From positions 16,430,001 through 16,494,000 of the forward strand of contig JBHGNT010000011.1 of NCBI GenBank assembly GCA_043228905.1: DNA of 64,000 bases, given 5' to 3'. This document shows, piece after piece, positions 52,764 through 64,000 of the stretch (the first letter of the stretch is position 1; the number at the start of each line of letters is the position of its first letter). A program made the position numbers and the translations under genes. The stretch is from Azolla caroliniana. Its lineage: Eukaryota; Plantae; Polypodiophyta. Under the pieces are notes generated by a model. That model saw only the letters and a program-made list of their open reading frames with translations. It was not told the origin of the DNA and did no database searches.

Positions 52764-53173
52764 TAAGTGTCTGTCGTGCATGTGTGTATGTAAGTGTGTT
52801 AATGGTGTGTATGTATGGAAGTCTGTAAATGACTACATGCACAATTAGTTAATGCGTGTTTGTAAATGTGTGAATGTGCCTTTAAATGTAAAATTTGATG
52901 GGGGTAGGGGTATCTCATGATTTAGATAAGATGTAGATATATATTTTGTTGGGAACATATGAAATTTCCTCTCCCTTCTTTTCCTTAGATTCATTTCTAG
53001 AGGGAATGGAAATAAGTGAAGAAAAAGAATTGGGTTGTAATGTGCCTCACCCCTTACTATTGTAAAAGGGAGTGAGGGATCACCGGGTTAGACCGTTAGG
53101 CTTTTATTTCTTCTTCGTCTATTTCGTTTAGGGTTTCGTTCGGTCATCATGGTAGTAGTTAGGAAGGTTTAAG
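52764..53173 (+). repeat. 410-bp direct duplication of 51879-52288
   Basis: TAAGTGTCTGTCGTGCATG...AGGAAGGTTTAAG is repeated; it replaces ~1.9 kb found in units 1 and 2. Confidence 0.9.
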
Positions 53174-54119
53174 CAACTCTTCTTGGCTCATTTCGTTAAC
53201 CCAATTGATCGCCATCCAGGAGGTGATCGTCCGCTCCACTAGCATGATGGGTTTGTGTCCATACATAAGTTCCGTCGGCATGTACCATGTCACCAAATTG
53301 TGGGTAGTCCTGTCTGCCCATAACGCGTAAGGGAGCAACCTCGGCCAGTCGCCAACTCGTCCTTCGCACGCGTGCACAATGGCCTTTACGATCGGACCAT
53401 GGCCTCGTTCAATCTTTCCATTTGCTTCCGGGTTGTACGCCGTTGTGAGGGACAAGGTGCAGTTTGTCGCGGTGTCAAACCACCGAGTGCATGTGGCAGC
53501 TTTCGCACGTTGGCACGAAGTTGTGCACGCTCTTATATATGCACGAAGTTGTGCACGCTCTTATATATGCCCGAGTGCATGTGGCAGCTTCTCGAACGTG
53601 GCCCATGTACCCTAGTGCCTGGCCCAAGGGCTTTCGTGGAATTCTGATATTAGTCTCCCTCGATCCTCTACCCGTGCCATTACCTGGAACGGTGCATCAT
53701 TTCGCCTCTTCGGGAGCCTCCAGATTTTCGCGTTCCACCGGAAGTACCGGTACGCCTTTTTCTGGAGCTGACATCCTTCTTCCCTACTCATCGAGGCGTC
53801 CATCATCATTGTTCTTAGGAATCTCCCGGTTAGAAGCAACTCCCCATCGTAGTCGTCCTTGTCGAACTCCTTCAGGGGCAGAGTGCTTCGCCTGTTTACC
53901 CTCGTCCTCGCCGATTTGAAGAAGTTTGCGCCGACTTCTTCTTCTTCTGATACCATGTCGTCCTTGTTCTCGAACCTTGCTCTGGAAAGCATATCGGCCA
54001 TGACGTTATCTTTTCCTGAGATGTGTCGTATCTCTGGGTTCAGGGACTTGATGTACACAATCCACCTGAGCATGGCCAGGTCGGGAGTTGTGCATCCGAA
54101 GACCATACCGAGAATCGTC
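53174..54119 (-). pseudogene. Ty3/gypsy pol fragment, unit 3 (rearranged)
   Basis: RWIVYIKSLNPEIRHISGKDNVMADMLSRA and TTAYNPEANGKIERGHGPIVKA; internal deletion near 53455 and short duplications at 53514-53592. Confidence 0.85.
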
Positions 54120-54565
54120 GCATGGGCGAGTAGTCTTGATGTGTCGTCGTAGTAGCCACACTCGATCTCCAATGTCAAAACTGGATGGAAGTCGATGATG
54201 ATCCGCGTAAACCTTGTGTGTTTGTTGAGCTTGCTGTAGATGAGTAGATAAATTCGCTTGTATCTTACGTAGCTGCTCTGCACAAGGATTTGTAGGTAAC
54301 TCTTGGGTTTCAAATACACACCACCGAGGGTGACAGCCTGTGTAAGCATAAAATGGTGTCACCTTTGTCGATGAGTGGACAGAATTATTATACGCAAATT
54401 CGGTGAAGTGGAGAATATCCGCCCAATCATCTTGATGATAGCTTAAAAAGCACCGAAGATACTGCTACAGCGTTTGATTTGTTCCTGCTACTTGGCCGTC
54501 TGTTTGCAGGTGGTAGCCGGAGGAGAGGTTACAAGTGACCTTAAGCATTTTAAAGAAGTGCTTCG
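54120..54565 (-). pseudogene. Inverted chromovirus integrase core, unit 3
   Basis: Copy of 7641-8086. Confidence 0.83.
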
Positions 54566-55006
54566 TTGGATTACTGGCGATTAGGTCCTTTTCGTATTAT
54601 CGGAAAAATTAATGATGTCGCTTTTCGTCTCGATCTACCTCCACAACTTCGGATACATCCGGTGTTTCATAGTTCTCTCCTCGAACCCTATCAAGACAAC
54701 ACCATCCCAGGTCGTATTAAACAACCTCCACCCCCAATCCAGCTTGAAGATGGACCTGAGTATGAGAGTGCCTCCATCCTCGATTCCAAGATTGTTCGCA
54801 ACAAGCTCTACTATTTAGTCGATTGGCTAGGATATAGTCCCAGCGAGCGTACTTGGGAACCAATAGAGAATGTGACCAATGCTCGTGCACTTCTTGAAGA
54901 TTTCCATCGTCAATATCCAGACAATCCGGGTCCTCAATCAAAAATGACTCGTGACACTCGTCGTTATAAAGGGTGTATAGTGTCATGATATGCCAAGACT
55001 CGAATC
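54566..55006 (+). pseudogene. Chromovirus integrase C-terminus and chromodomain, unit 3
   Basis: Copy of 8087-8527. Confidence 0.88.
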
Positions 55007-55979
55007 TACGACAGTTGAGGGTTTTCAGTAGCATCGCCTATGAGCATGTGCCGAAGGAAAAGCGGAGGAAGCTTGACGCGAAAGCTGAGAAGTGTATCTT
55101 GGTCAGCTGTTCGAACGAACAAAAGGGTTATAAGTGTTATTGTCGTGATATGGCCAGACTCAAACCCATGACCCTATGTTACATGGGTCGAGCCCTTGAC
55201 CATTAGACTATATATTGTAATATAAAAAATATTATTTTCATTTGGATTTTACTTTAGAAAATTGATGTATATTCCAGATTTCTCTAGAACATTCTAGAAA
55301 CTTCGAGAGTACTCTTGAGAACACTAAAAGGAGGCACAAGGCATTATTTCGAACCAAATCAGTTTAACGCTAGTCTTAAGCCTCCTAGCTACTATTGTAT
55401 ATTCCCGTAACATAATATGTATCTTTTGCTATCCTCATTCTCTCTCTCCCCCCCCCTCACTCTCTCCTTCTCTCAAGAGTTCTACACCTCCCTTAGTACT
55501 AATCCTCATCTTGGTACTTGCCTCCGACTCCGGGACTCAGCTCCATTCCGAGTTCTGAAGATAAGGTCAGCGAGGCTGAGATTCCCCCTCATGAAAGTGA
55601 AGTCGGAACTCTTGACGAGAGTCTGATCTCATTTCAGCTAAGTGGCCCGAATGAGCGACTGAGTCAGTTTAACCATTCATATGAAGAGCCGGCGAGTAGT
55701 GGAGACTCTGCTGTGCATTCCCTGCGTAGGGAACCGAAGAGACGGCTTACGCGCAAAGAAAAGGGAAAGAAGAAAATGCTGCAGTAAGGCACGGATAGGG
55801 ACGAGTCGGATCAATCGGAATCCGACTCGGGGAAGACCAATGACGGGCCTTCAAGAGCAAATCCCACGTTGTCCAGAAAGGCCTTAACATCACTTAATGA
55901 GCAATTATGCCGATCTAACCGCTAGAAGAACCCTATTGTGCAGTTCGGATACAACGAGTACATGGCGCATCACTATGCA
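55002..55979 (+). pseudogene. Ty1/copia fragment with nested LTR (55141-55486), unit 3
   Basis: Copy of 8523-9500. Confidence 0.72.
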
Positions 55980-58155
55980 TACATCAAGGGTGGAATGCAA
56001 CAACAAGGGTTTTGATTACTTTTGACCCGATTCAAATACATCAAGGGTGGACTGCAACAACACTCACACACTAAGATTATTAATTTCAAATCTTTGCACA
56101 CGAATATAATACAAATACTATTGCCAAGAATCTTGTTGGATATTGGAGTTAAATAAAAGAATCCATCAAGGGTTCATAGCTACAATCAGTTGTAATCCGA
56201 TAGGTGATCAATTCAATCTTGCTTGCGCCCTAAAACACGAAGAGTAGGTATTCCCTTTAACAACACTTACATCCTAGGAATATTAATTACAAAATGTTAC
56301 ACACAAACATGCATATACCTTATGTCTCGAATGTTTCAAATCTAAGACGATATGAATACTAGCTCTATAAGAAACATTCTAAGATGATATGAATACTATT
56401 GATAAGATGTCTTTAATACAGGATATTGGAATAAACATAACAAGAATAATAGGTGCATAGCTCGGTGGTAGAATAATCGGTCATAGTGCAATAGGTCATC
56501 AGTTCAATCCTCCTTGTGTTCTTAATCAAGAAGAGTATAAATTGCCTCCAACGACTCTCACAACCCGAGATATTTAATTTCAAATCTTTGCAAACGAACA
56601 TGTGTATCCCTTATGTGTCAAATATATCTGAAACATGCATATGCATTATGCGTCGAATGTTTCAAATCTAAATTGATATGAATATTATCAGCAAGAAGTA
56701 TACTTGGATATTGAAATAACCAAAAGAACCAATCATGGGTGCATAACTCAATGGTGGAGCAATCAGTTCCAATCCGATAGGTCGTCAATTTAATCCTCCT
56801 TGTGCCCTAAAGCAAGAAAAATATAGATTACCTCCATCAACACTCACAACTTAAGCTTATTAATTTCAAATTATTGCACAGGAACATACGTATCCCATGT
56901 GTGTCAAATATGGCACTTAGTTTCGGCGAATGGAGAGCGCGAACACACGTTGCCTTATTGTATGTGTAGTGAGGGCTTCGACTAGTTTTGGCCCGATTCA
57001 AATACATCAAGGGTGGATTGCAACAACACTCACAAACTATGATTATTAATTTCAAATCTTTGCACACAAATATAATACAAATACTATTGCCAAGAATCTT
57101 GTTGGATATTGGAGTGAAGCAAAAGAATCTATCAAGGGTGCATAGTTCACTGGTAGAGAATTCAGCTACAGTCCGATAGGTCATCAGTTCAATCCTGGTT
57201 GCGCCCTAAAACAAGAAGAGTAGGTATTACCTTTAAAACCACTTACATCCTAAGAATATTAATTCAAAATGTTACACACAAACATGCATATGCCTTATGT
57301 GTCGAATGTTTCAAATCTAAGATGATATGAATAATAGCTGTAACAAACATTCTAAGATGATATGAATAGTATTGATAAGACGTCTTTAATACAGGATGTT
57401 GGAATGAACATAACAACGAATAATAGGTGCATAGCTTGGTGGTAGAAGATTCGGTCACAGTGCGATAGGTCATCAGTTCAATCCTCCTTGTGCCCTAAAT
57501 CAACAAGAGTATAAATTACCTCCAACAACACTCACAACCCTATATTATTAATTTCAAATCTGTGCAAACGAACTTGTGTATCCCTTATGTGTCAAATATA
57601 ACACAAACATGCATATGCATTATGTGTAAAATGTGTGTCAAATATAACACAAACATGCCTATGCATTATGTGTCGAATGTTTCAAATCTAGGATGATATG
57701 AATAGAATAGGCAAGAAGTATTCTTGGATATTGGAATAAACAAAAGAACCAATCATGGGTGCATAGCTCAATGGTGGAGCAATCCGTTGCAGTCCGATAG
57801 GTCATCAATTTAATCCTCCTTGTGCCCTAAAGCAAGAAAAGTATAGATTACCTCGTATACCACTCACAACTTCATGTTATTAATTTCAAATTATTGTACA
57901 ATAACATTCGTATACCATGTGTGTGAAATATGGCACTTAGTTTCGGCGAATGGAGAGCGCGAACGCACGTTGCCTCACTGTATGTCTACTGAGGGTTTTG
58001 ATTACTTTTGGCCCGATTCAAATACATCAAGGGTGGACTACAACAACACTCACAAACTAAGATTATTAATTTCAAATCTTTGCACACGAATATGATATAG
58101 ATACTATTTCCAAGAATCGTGTTGGATATTGGAGTTAAAAAAACAAATCCATCAA

Positions 58156-58227
58156 GGGTGCATAGCTTAGTGGTAGAGCAATCGGTTGCAGTCCGATAGG
58201 TCATCAGTTCAATCCTGGTTGCGCCCT
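58156..58227 (+). tRNA. tRNA-Cys(GCA): tRNA-Cys(GCA)-like, full cloverleaf
   Basis: Counterpart of 11679; loop TTGCAGT; all stems pair. Confidence 0.65.
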
Positions 58228-61200
58228 AAAACAAGAATAGTAGGTATTATCTTTATCAACACTTACATCCTAAGAATATTAATTACAAAATGTTACACAC
58301 AAACATGCATATGCCTTATGTGTCGAATGTTTCAAATCTAAGATGATATGAATACTAGCTGTCAGAAACATTCTAAGATGATATTACTACTATTGATAAA
58401 ACTTCTTTAATATGGGATATTGGAATAAACATAACAACGAATAATAGGTGCATAGCTCGGTGGTAGAAGAATCCGTCGCAGTGTGATAGGTCATCAGTTC
58501 AATCCTCCTTGTGCCTTAAATCAACAAGACTATAAATTACCTCCAACAACTCTCACAACCCTGTATTATTAATTTCAAATCTTTGCAAAGAAACTTGTGT
58601 ATCCCTTATGTGTCAAATATAACACAAACATGCATATTCATTATGTGTGTCAAATATAACATAATCATGCCTATGCATTATGTGTCAAATGTGTGTCAAA
58701 TATAACATAATCATACCTATGCATTATGTGTCGAATGTTTCAAATCTAGGATGATATGAATTCGATCGGCAAGAAGTATTATTGGACATTGGAATAAACA
58801 AAAGAACCAATAATGGGTGCATAGCTAAATGGTGGAGCAATCCGTTGCAGTCTGATAGGTCATGGGTGCATAGCTCAATGGTGCAGCAATCCGTTGCAGT
58901 TCGATAGGTCATCAATTTAATCCTCCTTGTGACCGAAAGCAAAAAAAGTATAGATTACCTCCATCAACACTCACAACTTGAGCTTATTAATTTCAAATTA
59001 TTGTACAAGAACATTCGTATCCCATGTGTGTGAAATATGGTACTTAATTTCGGCGAATGGAGAGCGCGAACGCACATTGCCTCACTGTATGTCTATTGAG
59101 GGTTTGCATTACTTTTGGCCCTATTCAAATACATCAATGGTGGACTACAAAAACACTCAATAACTAAGATTATTAATTTCAAATCTTTGCACACAAACAT
59201 GATACATATACTATTGCCAACAATCGTGTTGGATACTGGAGTTAAACAAACGAGTCCATCAAGGGTGCATAGCTCAGTGATAGAGCAATCAGCTGCAATC
59301 TGATAGGTCATCAGTTCAATCCTGGTTGCACTGTAAAACAAGAATAGTAGGTATTATCTTTAACAACACTTACATCCTAAGATTTTTAACTACAAAATGT
59401 TAAGGTATATGCATATACCTTATGTGTCGAATGTTTCAAATCTATGATGATATGAATACTAGCTGTAAGAAACATTCTAAAATGATATGAATACTATTGA
59501 TAAGACGGTTTTAATACCGGATATTGGAATAAACACAACAATGAATAATTGGTGCATACCTCGGTGGTAGAATAATCGGTTGTAGTGCGATAGGTCATTA
59601 GTTCAATCCTTCTTGTGCCGTAACTCAACAAGAGTATAAATTACCTGCAACAACACTTATAGCCCGAGATTATGAATTTGAAATCTTTGCAAATGAACAT
59701 GTATATCTATTATGTGTCAAGTATAACACAAACATGCATATGCATTATGTGTCGAATGTTTCAAATCTAAGATGATATGAATACTATTGGCAAGAAATAT
59801 TCTTGGATATTCGAATAAAACAAAGAACCAATCATGGGTGCATAACTCAATGGTAGAGCAATCGGTTGCAGTCCGATAGGTCGTCAATTTAATCCTCCTT
59901 GTGCCCTAAAGCAAGAAGAATATAGATTACCTCGTATAACACTCACAACTTCATGTTATCAATCTCAAATTATTGCATAGGAACATGCGTATCTCTGTTG
60001 TGTCAAATATGGCACTTAATTTCGGCGAATGGTGAGCGTGAACGCACGTTGCCTTACTGTATGTCTACTGAAGGTTTTGATTACTTTTGGCCCGATTCAA
60101 ATACATCAAGGGTGGACTCCAACAACATTCAGAAACTAAGATTATCAATTTCAAATCTTTGCAAACGAATATAATACAAATACTATTAGCAAGAATCTTG
60201 TTGGATATTGGAGTTAAACAAACGAATCCATCACGGGTGCATAGCTCAGTGATAGAGCAATCAGTTGCAATCCGATAGGTCATCAGTTCAATCCTGGTTG
60301 TGCCCTAAAACAAGAAGAGTAGGTAAACCCTTTAACAACTCTTACATCCTAAGAATATTAATTATGAAATGTAACACACGAACATGCATATGCTTTATGT
60401 GTCGAATGTTTCAAATCTAAGATGTTATGAATACTAGCTATAAGAAACATTCTAAGATGATATGAACACTATTGATAAGACGTCTTTAATACAGGATATT
60501 GGAATAAACACAACAACTAATAAGAGGTGCGTAGCTTGGCAGTAGAGCAATTGATCGTACTGCAACAGGTCATCAGTTGAATCCTCCTTGTGCCCTCAAT
60601 CAAGAAGACTATAAATTACATCCAACAACACTCACAACCCGAGATTATTAATTTCAAATCTTTGCAAACGAACATCCGTATCCCTCATGGGTCAAATATA
60701 TCACAAACATGCATATGCATTATGTGTCGAATGTTTCAAATCTAAGATGATATGAATACTATCGGCAAGAAATATTCTTGGACATTGGAATAAACAAAAG
60801 AATAAATCATGCTTGCATAACTCAATGGTGGAGCAATCGGTTGCAGTGCGATAGGTCATCAATTTAATCCTCCTTGTGCCTTAAAGCAAGAAGAATATAG
60901 ATTACCTCCATCAACACTCACAACTTCATGTTATTAATTTCAAATTATTGCATTGGAACATGCGTATCCCATGTGTGTGAAATATGGCACTTAATTTCGG
61001 TGAATGGAGAGCGCGAACGCACGTTGATTACTTTTGGCCCGATTCAAATACATCAAGGGTAGATTGCAACAACACTCACCAACTAAGATTGTTAATTTCA
61101 AATCTTTGCACACGAAAATGATACAAATACTATTGCCACCAATGTTGTTGGATATTGGAGTTAAACAAAAGAATGGATAAAGGGTTCATAGCTGACTGTT

Positions 61201-62156
61201 AGATCTATCAGCTGTAATCCGATAGGTCATCAGTTCAATCCTGGTTGCGGCCTAAAACAAGAAGATTAGGTATTCCTTTTAACAAAACTTACATCCTAAG
61301 AATATGAATTACAATATGTTATACACAAACATGCATATGCCTTATGTCTCGAATGTTTCAAATCTAAGACGATATGAACACTAGCTATAAGAAACATTCT
61401 AAGATGATATGAATACTATTGATAAGACATCTTCAATACATAATATCGGAATAAACACAATAACGAATAATAGGTGCATAGCTCGGTGGTAGAAGAATCG
61501 GTTGCAGTGTGATAGCTCATCAGTTCAATACTCCTTGTGTTCTTAATTTCTAAGAGTATAAATTACCTCCAACGACACTCATAGCCCGAGATTATTAATT
61601 TTAAATCTTTGCAAACGAATATGCGTATCCCATATGTGTCAAATATAACAAAAACATGCATATGCATCATGTGTCGAATGTTTCAAATCTAAGATGATAT
61701 GAATTCTATCGGCAAGAAGTATTCTTGGGCATTGGAATAAACAAAGGAACCAATAATGGGTGCATAGCTCAATGGTGGAGCAATACGTTGGAGTCCGATA
61801 GATCATCAATTTAATCCTCCTTGTGCCCTAAAGCAAGAAGAATATAGATTACCTGCATCAACACTCACAACTTCATGTTATTAATTTCAAATTATTGCAT
61901 AGGAACATGCGTATCCCATGTGTGTCAAATATGGCACTTAATTTCGGCGAATGGAGAGCGCGAACGCATGTTGCCTTACTGTATGTCTATTGAGGGTTTT
62001 GATTACTTTTGGCCCGATTCAAATACATCAAGGGTGGATTACAACAACACTCACCAATTAAGATTATTAATTTCAAATCTTTGCACACGAAAATGTTACA
62101 AATACTATTGCCAACAATCTGGTTGGATATTGGAGTTAAACAAAAGAATCCATAAA

Positions 62157-62228
62157 GGGTTCATAGCTCAGTGGTAGAGCAATCGGCTGCAGTCTGATAG
62201 GTCATCAGTTCAATCCTGGTTGGGCCCT
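62157..62228 (+). tRNA. tRNA-Cys(GCA): tRNA-Cys(GCA), full cloverleaf with a nearby T4
   Basis: GGGTTCA/TGGGCCC, GCTC/GAGC, ATCGG/CTGAT, ATCAG/CTGGT, T73; TTTT about 20 nt downstream. Confidence 0.7.
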
Positions 62229-64000
62229 AAAACAAGAAGAGTAGGTATTTTCATTAACAACACTTACATTCTAAGATTAATAATTTCAAATTGTTACACA
62301 CAAATATGCATATGCCTTATGTGTCAAATATTTCAAATCTAAGATGATATCCTTGTGGCCTAAAGCAATTTGAAGAAAGGCACATATTTTATGTGACTTG
62401 CACCCATAACTTCTAGCTATAAGAAACACTCTAAGATGATATGAATACTATTGATAAGACCTTTAGGATATTGGAATACATACAACAACGAATAATAGGT
62501 GCATAGCTCAGTGGTAGAACAATCGGTCGTAGTGCGGTAAGTCATTAGTTCAGTCTTCCTTGTGCCCTAAATCAAGAAGAGTATAAGTTACCTCGAACAA
62601 TATAAGCGATAGTTGAGTTAAACAAATGAATTCACCAAGGGTGGATAGCTCAGTGGTAGAGCAATCGGATGCAGTCTGATAGGTCATTAGTTCAATCCTG
62701 GTTGCGCTCTAAAACAGGAAAAGTAAGGATTACCTTTAACAACACTTCCTAGGAATATTAATTGAAATTGTTACACACAAACATGCATAATCATTAGGTG
62801 TCGAATGTTTCAAATCTAAGATGATATGAATACTATGGACAAGATGTATTCTTCGATATTGGAATAAACAAAAGAACCAATTATGAGTTCATAGTTCAAT
62901 GGTAGATCATTCGATTGCAGTCAGATAGGTCATCAGTTTAATCATCCTTGTGCCCTAAAGCAAGAAGAGTATAGTATAGATTACCTTCCGCATCACATAC
63001 AACCCGAGATTATTAATTTCAAATCTTTGTAAACGAACATGCGTATCCCTTATGTGTTAAATATAACATGATACGAATAGTATTGGCAAGATTCTGGGTG
63101 GATATTGTAATTAAACAAAAGAATCCACCAAGGGTACGTAGCTCAGTTGTAGAGCAATTGGCTATAGTCTGATAGGTCATCAGTTCAATCCTAGTTGCGC
63201 CCTAAAACAAGAAGAGTACCGATTATCTTTAACAACACTTACATCCTAAGAATATTAATTGCAAATTGTTACAGACAAACATGCATATGGCTTATGTGTC
63301 CAATGTTTCAAATATAGATGACATGACTACTATCGATAAAACTTCTTACTAGATATTGAAATAAACGAAGGAAGCAGTCATGGGTGAATAACTGAGTTGT
63401 AAAGCAAACATGCATATGACTTATGTGTCGAAGGTTTCAAATATAGATGACATGACTATTATCGATAAGACTTCTTACTGGATATTGAAATAAACAAAGG
63501 AAGCAATCATGGGGGAATAACTGAGTTGTAAAGCAATCGGCTGCAGTTCGATATGTCGTTAGTTCAATCCTACTTGTGCCCTAAAGCAAGAAGAGTATAG
63601 ATTACCTCCAACAACACTCAAAACCTAAGATTATTAATTTCAAATCTTTGCACACGAACACACGTATCCGTTATGTGTCAAATATAACATAATACAAATA
63701 CTATTGCCAAGAATCTTGTTGGACAAAAGAATCCATCAAGAGTGCATAACTCAGTGGTAGGGCAATTGGCTACAGTCGGATAGGTCATCAGTTCAATCCT
63801 GGTTGCGCTCTAAAACAAGAAGAGTAGGGATTACCTTTAATAACGCTTACATCCTAAGAATATTAATTGCATATTGTTACACACACACATGTATATGCCT
63901 TATTTCTCGAATGTTTCAAATATAGATGACATGAATACTATCAGTAAGATGTCTTATTTGATATTGAAATAAACAGAAGAAGCAATCATGGGTGTATAGG

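Larger units (their letters stand above)
55980..64000 (+). repeat. tRNA-Cys-derived tandem array 3 (runs off the window end)
   Basis: Repeats 1-6 are colinear with array 1; an in-register ~7.0 kb deletion lies near 61640; the array continues past the point (62952) where arrays 1 and 2 stop. Confidence 0.95.

Overview
AT-rich eukaryotic DNA, probably from a non-seed land plant (inferred from the germin type and TE content; the species cannot be determined). The window holds three tandem copies of a ~17-25 kb segment: unit 1 from left of the window to 23444, unit 2 at 23445-45898, and unit 3 at 45899-62952, whose array then continues to the window end. The unit order is: LINE 3' fragment, probable solo LTR, an intact 4-exon germin-like (cupin) gene, a patchwork of Ty3/gypsy, chromovirus and Ty1/copia fragments, and an 8-14 kb tandem array. 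In unit 1 the LINE and solo LTR would lie left of the window. The array is the main finding. It is built from head-to-tail tRNA-Cys(GCA)-derived 72-nt cassettes, roughly 110 in the window by manual count, arranged as a ~1 kb three-cassette higher-order repeat (A-B-C). About eight A-type cassettes still fold into complete cloverleaves, one of them with an ACA anticodon. Unit 1 alone carries a hAT transposon upstream of the germin gene. All of this was read by eye; no database searches or covariance-model scores were run.
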